Of a stretch of 32,000 bases of DNA, positions 1 through 11,020 are shown one piece after another (within the stretch, counting starts at the first letter, position 1; every line of letters starts with the position of its first letter). The notes under the pieces are model-generated. The model did no database searches and had not been told where the DNA came from. It saw nothing but the letters and a program-made list of their open reading frames with translations. Made by a program: the position numbers and the translations under genes. Location of the stretch: the sequence record CM051313.1. One strand, 5' to 3'.

Positions 1-62
1 GACTCCCCATTTTTATAAAGATCTTCCATGCATGAACTATGCTTTATTTGCTAAAAAAAAGA

Positions 63-70
63 TATAATAT
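63..70 (+). promoter_or_regulatory. Candidate -10 type promoter octamer TATAATAT upstream of petA
   Basis: Exact TATAATAT about 265 nt upstream of the petA ATG. This octamer is the typical Chlamydomonas plastid -10 element. The motif can occur by chance in AT-rich DNA. Confidence 0.3.
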
Positions 71-336
71 ATGTTGAGAAGAAAAAAAATAAAATTTAAA
101 TAGTAATTATGAATGTAAATTACTTATGCTTACTTTTTCAGCTAGAATAAACTTGTTGAGGCTGCTTAGTTGCACTTTCCTCGTACCCGTATGGGTAGGG
201 GTTTATCCACGAAAAAATTCTATTTTAAAATAGGAGTCCAGTTGAAAAGCAACTGGAATCCCCTTATAGATAAATTAATATCTATTTTAAAATTGAATAG
301 TTTTTATTCTAGTTTCGTTTTAAGATTAATAAAATT

Positions 337-1290
337 ATGTCTAACCAAGTATTTACTACTTTACGCGCAGCAACATTAGCTGTTATTTTAGGTATGGCTG
401 GTGGCTTAGCAGTAAGTCCAGCTCAAGCTTACCCTGTATTTGCACAACAAAACTACGCTAACCCACGTGAGGCTAATGGTCGTATTGTATGTGCAAACTG
501 TCACTTAGCGCAAAAAGCAGTTGAAATCGAAGTACCACAAGCTGTTTTACCTGATACTGTTTTTGAAGCTGTTATTGAACTTCCATACGATAAACAAGTT
601 AAACAAGTTTTAGCTAATGGTAAAAAAGGTGACTTAAACGTTGGTATGGTTTTAATTTTACCAGAAGGTTTTGAATTAGCACCACCAGATCGCGTTCCGG
701 CAGAAATTAAAGAAAAAGTTGGTAACCTTTACTACCAACCATACAGTCCAGAACAAAAAAATATTTTAGTTGTTGGTCCAGTTCCAGGTAAAAAATACAG
801 TGAAATGGTAGTACCTATTTTATCTCCAGATCCTGCTAAAAATAAAAACGTTTCTTACTTAAAATATCCTATTTATTTTGGTGGTAATCGTGGTCGTGGT
901 CAAGTATATCCAGATGGTAAAAAATCAAACAACACTATTTACAACGCATCAGCAGCTGGTAAAATTGTAGCAATCACAGCTCTTTCTGAGAAAAAAGGTG
1001 GTTTTGAAGTTTCAATTGAAAAAGCAAACGGTGAAGTTGTTGTAGACAAAATCCCAGCAGGTCCTGATTTAATTGTTAAAGAAGGTCAAACTGTACAAGC
1101 AGATCAACCATTAACAAACAACCCTAACGTTGGTGGTTTCGGTCAGGCTGAAACTGAAATTGTATTACAAAACCCTGCTCGTATTCAAGGTTTATTAGTA
1201 TTCTTCAGTTTTGTTTTACTTACTCAAGTTTTATTAGTTCTTAAGAAAAAACAATTCGAAAAAGTTCAATTAGCAGAAATGAACTTCTAA
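337..1290 (+). CDS. petA: Cytochrome f precursor (cytochrome b6f complex)
   Basis: 317-aa ORF. It has an N-terminal signal ending AQA followed by the mature YPVFAQQNY, the heme-binding motif CANCH, and a C-terminal hydrophobic anchor [17 protein letters not shown]. Codon bias is strongly A/T-ending. Confidence 0.98.
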
Positions 1291-1300
1291 TATTTAATTT

Positions 1301-1330
1301 TTTGTAGGGCTGCTGTGCAGCTCCTACAAA
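1301..1330 (+). terminator. petA 3' inverted repeat (RNA 3'-end processing or stability hairpin)
   Basis: tttgtagggctgc / gcagctcctacaaa forms a stem of about 13 bp with one bulge and a tgt loop, 11 nt after the petA stop. Confidence 0.6.
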
Positions 1331-1446
1331 TTTTAGTATGTTATTTTTAAAGTTTGATATACTGAAAACAAAGTTCTACTTGAACGATATTTAGCTTTTA
1401 ATGCTATAATATAGCGGACTAAGCCATTGGCAATTTAGCTGCCAAT

Positions 1447-1998
1447 TAATTTTATTCGAAGGATGTAAACCTGCTAACGATATTTATATATAAGCATTTT
1501 AATACTCCGAGGGAGGCCCCTAACCTTTAGCAAGTAAGTAAACTTCCCCTTCGGGGCAGCAAGGCAGCAGATTTAAATTCTCCAAAGGAGGCAGTTGATA
1601 TCAGTAAACCCCTTCGATGACTCTGGCATTGATGCAAAGCATGGGGAAACTAAAGTTCCTCCACTGCCTCCTTCCCCTTCCCCCTTCGGGACGTCCCCTT
1701 CGGGGTTTTAATGCTCCGTTAGGACGTCCCCTTACGGGAATATAAATATTAGTGGCAGTTGCCTCGCCTATCGGCTAACAAGTTCCTTTGGAGTATATAA
1801 ATATAGGCAGTGGTGGTACCACTGCCACTAAAATTTATTTGCCCGAAGGGGACAAATTTATTTATTGTCCCTTAAGGGGCAAAGCATGGGAGTATATAAA
1901 TATAGGCAGTTGGCAGGATATTTATATACTCCGAAGGAGGCAACTGCCACTGACGTCCCGTCAGGGGAAGGGGAAGGGGACGTCCTAATATAAATATA
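1447..1998. repeat. Short dispersed repeat (SDR) array, petA-petD spacer
   Basis: Dense reuse of motifs seen across the window, including ccccttcgggg, ggacgtcccctt, tatataaatat, ggcagtggtggtaccactgcc and aaatttatttgcccgaagggga. Confidence 0.9.
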
Positions 1999-2034
1999 TT
2001 TTAAACAATAAATCCCGCACAAAATATATAAATA

Positions 2035-2042
2035 TATAATAT
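2035..2042 (+). promoter_or_regulatory. Candidate petD -10 promoter octamer TATAATAT
   Basis: Exact TATAATAT about 375 nt upstream of the petD ATG. This fits my recollection of a petD 5' UTR of roughly 360 nt, which is memory and was not computed. Confidence 0.45.
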
Positions 2043-2193
2043 ATATTAAAAATTTTTAGCATGTAAACATTAGAAATACAGCATAATTGGAGTAAAAGAA
2101 AAATATTAAACTTTTACATTGAAAAGTTTATGGCGTTTTGGCTTTATAAAATAAAAAACTTTTCGGAACGGCTAAACCATATTTATTATCATT

Positions 2194-2220
2194 AAAATTT
2201 ATTTGCCCGAAGGGGACGTA
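2194..2220. repeat. Isolated SDR unit in the petD leader
   Basis: aaaatttatttgcccgaaggggacgt matches units at about 1843, 4000, 17135 and 27975. Confidence 0.8.
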
Positions 2221-2415
2221 TCCGAAATAGAACAAATGCCAAAATCTACTAAATTAGATTAAAATAGTTTTAAAAATGGATAGATTTAAATAAAAAACAG
2301 AAGTAAAATGTAATTCTGTCCCTTTTTACAGGGTGGTATCTCTAAAAACCAGGGCTTGCCCAATCAACAATTTAAAGCTTATTTAGTTTTATTGAAAATT
2401 AACGGATAAATAAAT

Positions 2416-2898
2416 ATGTCAGTTACTAAAAAACCTGATTTAAGCGATCCAGTTTTAAAAGCAAAATTAGCTAAAGGTATGGGTCACAACACTTACGGTG
2501 AACCTGCTTGGCCTAACGATTTATTATACATGTTCCCTGTTGTTATTTTAGGTACATTTGCATGTGTTATTGGTTTATCTGTTTTAGACCCAGCTGCTAT
2601 GGGTGAGCCAGCAAACCCATTTGCTACTCCACTTGAAATTTTACCAGAATGGTATTTCTACCCTGTATTCCAAATTTTACGTGTAGTTCCAAACAAACTT
2701 CTAGGTGTATTATTAATGGCAGCAGTACCTGCAGGCCTTATCACGGTACCGTTCATTGAAAGTATTAACAAATTCCAAAACCCATACCGTCGTCCAATCG
2801 CTACTATCTTATTCCTTTTAGGAACTTTAGTTGCTGTTTGGTTAGGTATTGGTTCAACATTCCCTATTGATATTTCTTTAACTTTAGGTTTATTCTAA
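2416..2898 (+). CDS. petD: Cytochrome b6f complex subunit IV
   Basis: 160-aa ORF with the conserved [13 protein letters not shown] block and three hydrophobic helices. Confidence 0.98.
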   Translation: MSVTKKPDLSDPVLKAKLAKGMGHNTYGEPAWPNDLLYMFPVVILGTFACVIGLSVLDPAAMGEPANPFATPLEILPEWYFYPVFQILRVVPNKLLGVLLMAAVPAGLITVPFIESINKFQNPYRRPIATILFLLGTLVAVWLGIGSTFPIDISLTLGLF

Positions 2899-2912
2899 TC
2901 TAAAATTTTAAA

Positions 2913-2958
2913 TTTCCCTCTAGGGTTGCAATACGATTTGCAACCCTGAAGGGGGAAA
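2913..2958 (+). terminator. petD 3' inverted repeat
   Basis: agggttgcaa / ttgcaaccct is a perfect 10-bp stem with loop tacgat. It is extended by tttccc / gggaaa outer pairing and starts 15 nt after the stop. Confidence 0.6.
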
Positions 2959-3169
2959 AATGAGTTCTGTCATTTTTTTAAGAACTCCATCAATAAATTG
3001 TGTCTTAGCAGATAATGCGGGTAAATAACACCCTTGTTCATCCTACAAAATAGGAGATTCCATTTAATTTAAACCAAACAAATAACTTAGTTACAACATA
3101 CAATATGTATTTTTATGCAATTGCATAAAAATAAAATCTATGTTATAATAAAATAAATTATATTATTAA

Positions 3170-3243
3170 GAGCTTGTAGCTCAGTGGACTAGAGCACATG
3201 GCTACGAACCATGGGGTCGGGGGTTCGAAACCCTCCTGGCTCG
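3170..3243 (+). tRNA. trnR: tRNA-Arg (anticodon ACG)
   Basis: Cloverleaf with D-arm GCTC/GAGC, anticodon stem CATGG/CCATG, loop CTACGAA, and T-arm GGGGG-TTCGAAA-CCCTC. Confidence 0.9.
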
Positions 3244-3485
3244 TTATAATACATTAAAATTGTAACGCCTTTACAAGACAGTATAAAATAGGAATTAATT
3301 AATTAGGAGGGTCACTTTCAGCCACTCGTTTTTTAAATAGGTAAGTAACCTTTTTAAGAGAACGTAAGAGATTATGGATTACGTTCTCAAGAGACATAAC
3401 TCAAAATACTAGTAGGTTTGAGCTGACTTCAAGCTTTAACCTCCGTCAGCGATAAAACCTATTTTGAGCGCATTTTAATATATTT

Positions 3486-3518
3486 GGGACGCCAGTGGCA
3501 GTGGTACCGCCACTGCCT
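3486..3518. repeat. Isolated SDR palindrome unit
   Basis: gggacgccagtggcagtggtaccgccactgcc has copies at 4200-4230 and 21195-21222. A variant (gacgtcagtgg...) is at 4051-4080, and the reverse-complement form is at 17028-17055. Confidence 0.85.
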
Positions 3519-3886
3519 ATTTGTTAATAAATAAAAAGCGGCTATGGAGATTGAGTTTCCCAAAGTATATGCTTTAAAAACTTATTAAAAATGCCTTTTT
3601 AATTTTGTACATAAATAAATATAATATATATAATTATCAGGCAAAAACTAATAAAAATTTAATAATAAAAACAAAATAAATCCAAAAACTGTGTGTTTTA
3701 TATTTTAGAAATACACATGGTGTCAGCATAAAATGCTAACAGTATAACCTTCGACCATATACATAATACATACTTATTAAATAACTTAATCAGTAAACGG
3801 TGCCTCTATGTTCTAACAAAATATTAAACTACTCAGAAGCGGCTTATATTTTCCGAAGGAAGTCACTGTCACGCAATTTGATGTAC

Positions 3887-4455
3887 CTAGGCATTTGGCA
3901 GGACGTCCCCTTACGGGACAATAAATAAATTTGTTGCCTGCCAACTGCCTCCTTCGGAGTATTAAAATAGGCAGTGGTGGTACCACTGCCACTAAAATTT
4001 ATTTACCCGAAGGGGACGTCCTAATATAAATATTGGGCAAGTAAACTTAGGACGTCAGTGGCAGTGGTACCGCCACTGCCTAGTATTAAAATCCTAGTAT
4101 ATAAATAGAATAAAATTTATTTGCTGCGCTAGCAGGTTTACATACTCCGAAGGGGACATCCTAATATAAATATTGAATGTTTACATACTCCGAAGGAGGA
4201 CGCCAGTGGCAGTGGTACCGCCACTGCCTCCTTCGGAGTATTAAAATCCTAGTATGTAAACATCCCGAAGGAGTTAGCCAATAGGCGAGACAACTGTCCC
4301 TTTGGGTATATAAATATCAACTGGCTTCCTAACTTGTTAGCCCCCTTTGGGTAAATAAACTTCCCCTTCGGGGCTGCATGGCAGCAATATTTATATTCTC
4401 GTTAGGGGATAGGCGAGGCCACTGCCATTGGTGTCTATTGCCGTCCTGTAAGAGA
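3887..4455. repeat. SDR array, trnR-chlB spacer
   Basis: Same motif vocabulary as the other arrays. It contains a 72-bp module identical to 17118-17189. Confidence 0.9.
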
Positions 4456-4856
4456 AAAACTTCAGTTTATTTTTGTATGCCCAAAGGGGAGAAAGTTTTT
4501 AAAGTTTGAATAACACAGTTTAAAATAATTTTAGCTTTTTATAGCGTACTTTTAGATTTGAATTTAAGTAAAAAAACAAAATTGAGACTTAACCAAAATG
4601 TAATGGATACCTTATTTTGTTTATTAAAACCATTTCTTTGCCATGAACATACTTAATAAGTGGTTTGTTGCTGAAAAAGATCCCCCTTCTATAGAAACAT
4701 CCTAGGAAACTAAAAGCTGTTTCTCCGCCTTAGATAGATATTGGCGTTGACCTTAAGGGGGTTCATCTCGCTTTTTTTGCTGTTTTACAGCTTTAAAGAG
4801 TTTGAACTACCACTATCAGCCTGGAAATGTGCGTTTTGACTACAAAATAACATTTT

Positions 4857-6920
4857 ATGAAATTAGCTTATTGGATGTACGCAGGTCCCGCTCATATCGG
4901 TGTGTTGCGTGTTAGCAGCTCTTTTAAAAATGTACATGCCATTATGCATGCTCCTTTAGGAGATGATTATTTTAATGTAATGCGTTCCATGTTAGAACGT
5001 GAACGTGATTTTACACCAGTAACAGCCAGTATTGTAGATCGTCATGTTTTAGCAAGAGGATCGCAAGAAAAAGTGGTTGAAAATATTACGCGAAAAAATA
5101 AAGAAGAAACTCCTGATTTAATTTTATTAACTCCTACTTGTACGTCAAGCATTTTACAAGAAGATTTACACAATTTTGTTGAATCGGCATTAGCTAAACC
5201 AGTACAAATAGATGAACATGCAGACCATAAAGTAACTCAACAAAGTGCACTTTCAAGTGTATCCCCTTTACTACCACTTGAAGAAAATACATTAATAGTA
5301 AGTGAACTAGATAAGAAGCTTAGCCCGTCTAGCAAGTTGCATATTAATATGCCCAATATTTATATTCCCGAAGGGGAAGGGGAAGGGGAGCAGACTAAAA
5401 ATTCAATTTTTGTTAAATCTGCAACTTTAACAAATTTGTCAGAAGAGGAACTATTAGATCAAGAACATCATACCAAAACAAGAAATCACTCTGACGTTAT
5501 TTTAGCTGATGTAAACCATTATCGTGTAAATGAATTACAAGCTGCAGATCGTACTCTTGAACAAATTGTACGTTATTATATTTCTCAAGCACAAAAACAA
5601 AATTGTTTAAACATTACTAAAACAGCAAAACCATCTGTAAATATTATTGGTATTTTTACTTTGGGTTTTCATAATCAACATGATTGTCGTGAATTAAAAC
5701 GTTTATTTAATGATTTAGGTATTCAAATCAATGAAATCATACCTGAAGGCGGAAATGTACACAACTTAAAAAAATTACCCCAAGCGTGGTTTAATTTTGT
5801 GCCCTACCGTGAAATTGGCTTAATGACTGCTATGTATTTAAAATCCGAGTTTAATATGCCTTACGTTGCAATTACTCCTATGGGATTAATTGATACGGCT
5901 GCTTGTATTCGTTCAATTTGTAAAATCATTACAACTCAATTATTAAATCAGACGGCTCCAGTGCAGGAGCCATCACAATTTATTTACCCGAAGGCGACGT
6001 CATTAGAACAAACCCATATTCTCGAAACCTCTCAAAGAGAAACTGTTCTTAAAGACAATCCAGGTAGCGGAAATACCCTTTCTAAAACTGTAGAAGAAAT
6101 TGAAACTTTATTTAATAAATATATCGATCAACAAACTCGTTTTGTTTCCCAAGCAGCCTGGTTTTCACGTTCTATTGACTGTCAAAATTTAACAGGTAAA
6201 AAAGCCGTAGTTTTCGGAGATGCTACACATTCAGCTGCCATGACAAAATTATTAGCACGTGAAATGGGTATTAAGGTTTCATGCGCTGGAACTTATTGCA
6301 AACACGATGCGGATTGGTTTAGAGAGCAAGTAAGTGGGTTTTGTGATCAAGTTTTAATTACTGATGATCACACACAAGTAGGGGATATGATTGCACAATT
6401 AGAACCTGCAGCCATTTTTGGGACACAAATGGAACGTCACGTTGGTAAACGTTTAGATATTCCATGTGGTGTTATATCTGCTCCTGTGCATATTCAAAAC
6501 TTTCCGTTAGGGTATCGACCTTTTTTAGGTTATGAAGGTACAAATCAAATAGCTGATTTAGTTTATAATTCATTTAATCTTGGAATGGAAGACCATTTAT
6601 TACAAATTTTTGGAGGTCATGATTCAGAAAACAATTCGTCAATTGCAACGCATTTGAATACAAATAACGCAATAAATTTAGCGCCAGGATATTTACCTGA
6701 GGGAGAAGGCAGTAGTAGAACTTCAAATGTAGTGTCTACAATTTCTAGTGAAAAAAAAGCCATTGTATGGTCTCCAGAAGGTTTAGCAGAATTAAATAAA
6801 GTCCCAGGATTTGTTCGAGGAAAAGTTAAACGTAATACGGAAAAATATGCTTTACAAAAAAATTGTTCGATGATTACTGTAGAAGTTATGTATGCAGCAA
6901 AAGAAGCTTTGTCGGCTTAA
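4857..6920 (+). CDS. chlB: Light-independent protochlorophyllide reductase (DPOR) subunit B, with lineage-specific insertions
   Basis: 687-aa ORF. Conserved blocks are [59 protein letters not shown] and [17 protein letters not shown]. These blocks are separated by three non-conserved insertions. Confidence 0.97.
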   Translation: MKLAYWMYAGPAHIGVLRVSSSFKNVHAIMHAPLGDDYFNVMRSMLERERDFTPVTASIVDRHVLARGSQEKVVENITRKNKEETPDLILLTPTCTSSILQEDLHNFVESALAKPVQIDEHADHKVTQQSALSSVSPLLPLEENTLIVSELDKKLSPSSKLHINMPNIYIPEGEGEGEQTKNSIFVKSATLTNLSEEELLDQEHHTKTRNHSDVILADVNHYRVNELQAADRTLEQIVRYYISQAQKQNCLNITKTAKPSVNIIGIFTLGFHNQHDCRELKRLFNDLGIQINEIIPEGGNVHNLKKLPQAWFNFVPYREIGLMTAMYLKSEFNMPYVAITPMGLIDTAACIRSICKIITTQLLNQTAPVQEPSQFIYPKATSLEQTHILETSQRETVLKDNPGSGNTLSKTVEEIETLFNKYIDQQTRFVSQAAWFSRSIDCQNLTGKKAVVFGDATHSAAMTKLLAREMGIKVSCAGTYCKHDADWFREQVSGFCDQVLITDDHTQVGDMIAQLEPAAIFGTQMERHVGKRLDIPCGVISAPVHIQNFPLGYRPFLGYEGTNQIADLVYNSFNLGMEDHLLQIFGGHDSENNSSIATHLNTNNAINLAPGYLPEGEGSSRTSNVVSTISSEKKAIVWSPEGLAELNKVPGFVRGKVKRNTEKYALQKNCSMITVEVMYAAKEALSA

Positions 6921-6936
6921 AAATAATCTAAATTTT

Positions 6937-7002
6937 CAGGATGAAATACTGCGCTAGCGGGCAGTCACAAACTACTACCTTCGAACGCAGTATAACATCC
7001 TG
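6937..7002 (+). terminator. chlB 3' inverted repeat
   Basis: caggatgaaatactgcg / cgcagtataacatcctg pairs as 7 + 8 bp with a 2-nt mismatch and a 32-nt loop, 17 nt after the stop. Confidence 0.5.
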
Positions 7003-7086
7003 TCATCTTTTAGTTAGAAATGCTGTTTTATTATAAAGTTGCATTAAGAAAAAATATATGTTATATTATTAAAAGTTGTTAAAAAC

Positions 7087-7160
7087 CGGGATGTAGCGCA
7101 GCTTGGTAGCGCATGTGCTTTGGGAGCATAGGGTCGCAGGTTCGAATCCTGTCATCCCGA
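7087..7160 (+). tRNA. trnP: tRNA-Pro (anticodon UGG)
   Basis: CGGGATG acceptor pairs with CATCCCG. D-arm is GCGC/GCGC, anticodon loop is TTTGGGA, and T-arm is GCAGG-TTCGAAT-CCTGT. Confidence 0.93.
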
Positions 7161-7784
7161 TAAAAATATCTATTTGTACTTTAAAATATATAATAAAAAT
7201 TATATATAATATATATATAATTTATAGTTTTTTTCGATTTTTTAAATGATCAGGCATCAATTTTACCGTCCGCTGCCATACAGCCATGAAAGATAAGTTT
7301 ATTTTCTCCACGAGGCTACTTTGGCACGTGCTGGTAGCTCTTTGCGTAAATAAACTGCCACCGCTACTAATGTACCCGTCCTCTTCTCTTCCGCCATCTT
7401 ATTTAGTTGGATTTTTACTTAAGAGCATCCGAAAATTGGTATCTTTGTGTTAGCAAGGATCCAATATTTATATGGCGTTCGATTTCTTGAACACTTAAGA
7501 GAATTTTTATTTTAGAAAGAAAAAACGAGCTTTAAGGTGAGCTTATTTTGTTGCGTGTAAATTTTTAAAATCTAAGGTGTATAGACAAAAATCTACATTT
7601 TCATATGCTAAAAACATACTCTTTACGGGTACGCGAATGTTAGGTAAATTTTCACAACTAACTCTATGGTTGTGGGAAGAAAACCAAATACATAGAGATA
7701 TTTTTAAAAAGATATCTCTCACTTTAATAGATTTTATTATAAATACTATCAACAATTTCTTAAACTTTTTAATGAAGGATATTT

Positions 7785-7925
7785 ATGACAACTTTAGCAC
7801 TGGTACTTGCAAAACTTCCTGAAGCATACGCACCATTTGCACCTATCGTAGACGTTTTACCGGTAATCCCTGTATTCTTTATTTTATTAGCTTTTGTTTG
7901 GCAAGCAGCTGTTAGTTTCCGTTAA
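7785..7925 (+). CDS. psbK: Photosystem II protein K precursor
   Basis: 46-codon ORF below the ORF-track cutoff: [46 protein letters not shown]. The conserved PsbK core is KLPEAY...[10 protein letters not shown]...AFVWQAAV. Confidence 0.93.
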
Positions 7926-8630
7926 TTTTTTAGCCTGTTAATATCCTTCTAGGAGGATAGCAGTTGACAAGCTTTAGACCAGTTAAGGGTAAATAAGTAC
8001 AACCTCTTCTGGGGTTGCTTGGGAAATTGGGTTGCCTGAAAGGGTTTAAAAACTCCCGTTCGGGCAACTCAACTTCTTAATAAGGACCGCTTACTGCAAA
8101 CTTTTTTATTTTGGAATTAAAAAGGAACTTTTATTTGCGGTAACTTTAGAAAAAGATAAATATACCACCTATTTAATGCTATGCAATTTTAGTTAAATTT
8201 GGGTTTAATCCATTAGTATTTTTACACAGTATAATTAGAAAACTAAAACTTGGGTAATAGAACCTTAATTTTCAAAACTTTTAAATATATTTAAAATTCA
8301 ATAAAAGTTTATTTGGTTAGCTTTAAGTGTTATATTAGTAATAACAGAACTACTGTAGTTTTTTAAATTATACCTAAACCTGAAAAATTGGATTATATAG
8401 CAATAACACTATTAAGAACTATATATTAAAATGTCAATACTATCCCGTAGGGACTATGAAACTAAAACACCTATCCGAATGTTAATGCTTAGTGAGCAAA
8501 GTATGCAGTATTTATCTACAAAAAAGGAGAAACTCTTACCTCTGGTTAGAGGTTTCTTTTTTAATGTTTGAAGCATTAACAATCTAATTCCAAAAGAAGT
8601 GACTAAATAATAATTTATTAAATAACACAT

Positions 8631-9887
8631 ATGTCACGTGCTAAGTTTGAACGTAAAAAACCACACGTAAATATTGGTACTATTGGTCACGTTGACCACG
8701 GTAAAACAACACTAACAGCAGCTATTACAATGACATTAGCTGCAGCTGGTGGTTCAGTTGGTAAAAAATATGATGAAATTGACTCAGCTCCAGAAGAAAA
8801 AGCACGTGGTATTACTATTAACACAGCACACGTAGAATACGAAACTGAAAAACGTCACTATGCTCACGTAGACTGTCCAGGTCACGCTGACTACGTTAAA
8901 AACATGATCACAGGTGCTGCACAAATGGATGGTGCTATTTTAGTAGTATCAGGTGCTGACGGTCCTATGCCACAAACAAAAGAACACATTCTATTAGCTA
9001 AACAAGTAGGTGTACCAAACGTTGTAGTATTCTTAAACAAAGAAGACCAAGTAGATGATAAAGAACTTCTTGAATTAGTTGAATTAGAAGTACGTGAAAC
9101 TTTAGATAAATATGAATTCCCAGGTGATGAAATTCCAGTAGTTCCTGGTTCTGCATTATTAGCTTTAGAAGCTTTAATTGAAAATCCAAAAACACAACGT
9201 GGTGAAAACAAATGGGTTGACAAAATTTACCAATTAATGGATAACGTTGACAGCTACATCCCAACTCCACAACGTGAAACTGATAAACCATTCTTATTAG
9301 CTGTTGAAGACGTTTTATCAATTACAGGTCGTGGTACTGTTGCTACAGGTCGTGTAGAACGTGGTGCATTAAGAATTAGTGATAACGTTGAAATCGTAGG
9401 TTTAAGACCAACACAAACAGCTGTTGTTACTGGTTTAGAAATGTTCAAAAAAACATTAGATGAAACTTTAGCTGGTGATAACGTAGGTGTTCTTCTTCGT
9501 GGTGTACAGAAAAAAGACATTGAACGTGGTATGGTTATTGCTAAACCAGGTACAATTACTCCGCACACTAAATTTGAAGCACAAGTATACGTTTTAACAA
9601 AAGAAGAAGGTGGTCGTCACTCGGCTTTCATGATTGGTTACCAACCACAATTCTATGTTCGTACAACAGATGTAACAGGTAAAGTAGTAGGTTTTAACCA
9701 CATTCAAATGCGTAACCCTTCATCAGTAGCTGAAGAACATTCAAACAAAATGGCTATGCCTGGTGACCGTATTAGTATGACTGTAGAACTGATCAACCCA
9801 ATTGCTATTGAAAAAGGTATGCGTTTCGCTATTCGTGAAGGTGGCCGTACTGTAGGTGCTGGTGTTGTAACTAATATTGTTCAATAA
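8631..9887 (+). CDS. tufA: Translation elongation factor Tu
   Basis: 418-aa ORF with GTPase motifs [17 protein letters not shown] and NKED. Codon bias is of the very strong, highly expressed type. Confidence 0.98.
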   Translation: MSRAKFERKKPHVNIGTIGHVDHGKTTLTAAITMTLAAAGGSVGKKYDEIDSAPEEKARGITINTAHVEYETEKRHYAHVDCPGHADYVKNMITGAAQMDGAILVVSGADGPMPQTKEHILLAKQVGVPNVVVFLNKEDQVDDKELLELVELEVRETLDKYEFPGDEIPVVPGSALLALEALIENPKTQRGENKWVDKIYQLMDNVDSYIPTPQRETDKPFLLAVEDVLSITGRGTVATGRVERGALRISDNVEIVGLRPTQTAVVTGLEMFKKTLDETLAGDNVGVLLRGVQKKDIERGMVIAKPGTITPHTKFEAQVYVLTKEEGGRHSAFMIGYQPQFYVRTTDVTGKVVGFNHIQMRNPSSVAEEHSNKMAMPGDRISMTVELINPIAIEKGMRFAIREGGRTVGAGVVTNIVQ

Positions 9888-9912
9888 TTTCACATTTAAA
9901 TTCACTAACGAG

Positions 9913-10160
9913 CCCTTAACGGACGTCCCCTTTGGGATGCCAAGGCTCTGTTAGGATATAATACTGCGTAAGCAGGAATTTGCTATTTATTTACCCGAAA
10001 AGGTTCGACCATAGGTGAGGACAAATTTATTTATTGTGGTACCGCCACTGCCTATATTTATATTCTCTGAAAAACGTTCCCTTCGGGTAAATACCTTTTG
10101 CAGTCTTAAAATCTTATATTTATATACTCCCGTAAGGGGATGCCGGAGGCATCGAAGGAT
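9913..10160. repeat. SDR array downstream of tufA
   Basis: Contains ggacgtcccctttggg, aaatttatttattgtggtaccgccactgcc and actcccgtaagggga. Confidence 0.85.
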
Positions 10161-10363
10161 TGTTACCTTACCTGAGAAAAAGTAAATTTAAGTTAATAAA
10201 TGACTTATCCCTTTAGCTTTTCGAGTACATAACTATTACAGTTTGGGTATAAAATATAATACACTCAACATGTAACTATTATTTAGCAAGAATCCTCTAA
10301 TGGAATATTAATATCTATTGACATTTTTTAAAAATTATGTTAAATATAAAATATAAAATAAAA

Positions 10364-10436
10364 GCCCCCATCGTCTAGAGGCCTAGGACACCTCCCTTTC
10401 ACGGAGAAAACGCGGATTCGAATTCCGCTGGGGGTA
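10364..10436 (+). tRNA. trnE: tRNA-Glu (anticodon UUC)
   Basis: GCCCCCA acceptor pairs with TGGGGGT. Anticodon loop is CTTTCAC and T-arm is GCGGA-TTCGAAT-TCCGC. Confidence 0.93.
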
Positions 10437-10942
10437 TAATTTTAATTAGTCTTAATCGCACCTTAAGCATTATCTAGATTTCAGTTAGTGTTCTAACTTT
10501 AGAACTATTTAACCAGACATTGAGAACAGGAGGTAGTTTTTACTAACAATTAATAGACAGTGTCAGAGAATCTCAGGAACTCGTAAGTCTTAAAAAAGTG
10601 GACGTATCAAAAGAAGTGTAACGGTTCAAACATATAGAGTACGTAGAATATCATTTTGGTAAGAAGTGTATTTTATTAGCGTTAGCAAGTTTGTATTGTT
10701 TTAATGCAGGGTGACTCCTGGCTCAACCAGTCGTTAGTTAACCTGTGATTTTATACTCAAACTTGAATAGTGATGTACTCAAAAGATGCAAGTACGTTGA
10801 ATCACGTGGCTAACATATTCAACTAGAAATCTTTTATAAAGGTTTGAACGTTGTTAGCCCCGAGCTCTTCTGTTGTTCTCACTAACAGTCTACTCATCTC
10901 GATGGTGGTCAGATCCAAAGGGTAATGAAACATGTATGTAAT

Positions 10943-11014
10943 AGGCGGCACCCAGATTTGAACTGGGGAATAGAGGATTTGCAATCCACGGCCTTACCGC
11001 TTGGCTATGCCGCC
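10943..11014 (-). tRNA. trnC: tRNA-Cys (anticodon GCA)
   Basis: The reverse complement ggcggcatagccaagcggtaaggccgtggattgcaaatcc... has anticodon loop TTGCAAA, T-arm CCAGT-TCAAATC-TGGGT and acceptor GGCGGCA/TGCCGCC. Confidence 0.92.
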
Positions 11015-11020
11015 TTATTG

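Noticed and set aside
170-379. 69-aa ORF overlapping the petA leader and start codon.
   Set aside because: It is out of frame with petA and has no homology. The region contains a leader hairpin (tccagttg-aaaag-caactgga, 237-257), which is more consistent with a 5' UTR.
1788-1988. ORFs of 62-71 aa lying entirely in repeat arrays: 1788-1988 +, 16724-16930 +, 21093-21284 +, 22509-22697 +, 27860-28075 -.
   Set aside because: They are read-throughs of SDR motifs and share repeated peptides such as YINIGSWQ, FIYCPL and PEGD. They have no start context and no homology, and their codon usage is unlike the real genes.
7543-7822. An overlapping ORF pair (70 aa on the minus strand, 81 aa on the plus strand) upstream of and overlapping the psbK start.
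   Set aside because: The peptides are low complexity and A/T-driven (I/F/K/N-rich). The two ORFs overlap each other on opposite strands, and one runs out of frame into psbK. This is most likely the psbK promoter and leader region.
8891-9568. Three antisense ORFs of 104-110 aa inside tufA.
   Set aside because: They lie opposite a strongly codon-biased, unambiguous EF-Tu gene. Open antisense frames are an expected by-product of that bias, and their peptides have no recognisable homology.
10437-10942. Calling the trnE-trnC segment outright as tscA, the trans-splicing RNA of psaA intron 1.
   Set aside because: The only support is size and an 11-nt complementarity to the intron 5' fragment. My recollection is that tscA is adjacent to and co-transcribed with chlN, which is not in this window. 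It is kept as a low-confidence finding rather than a feature call.
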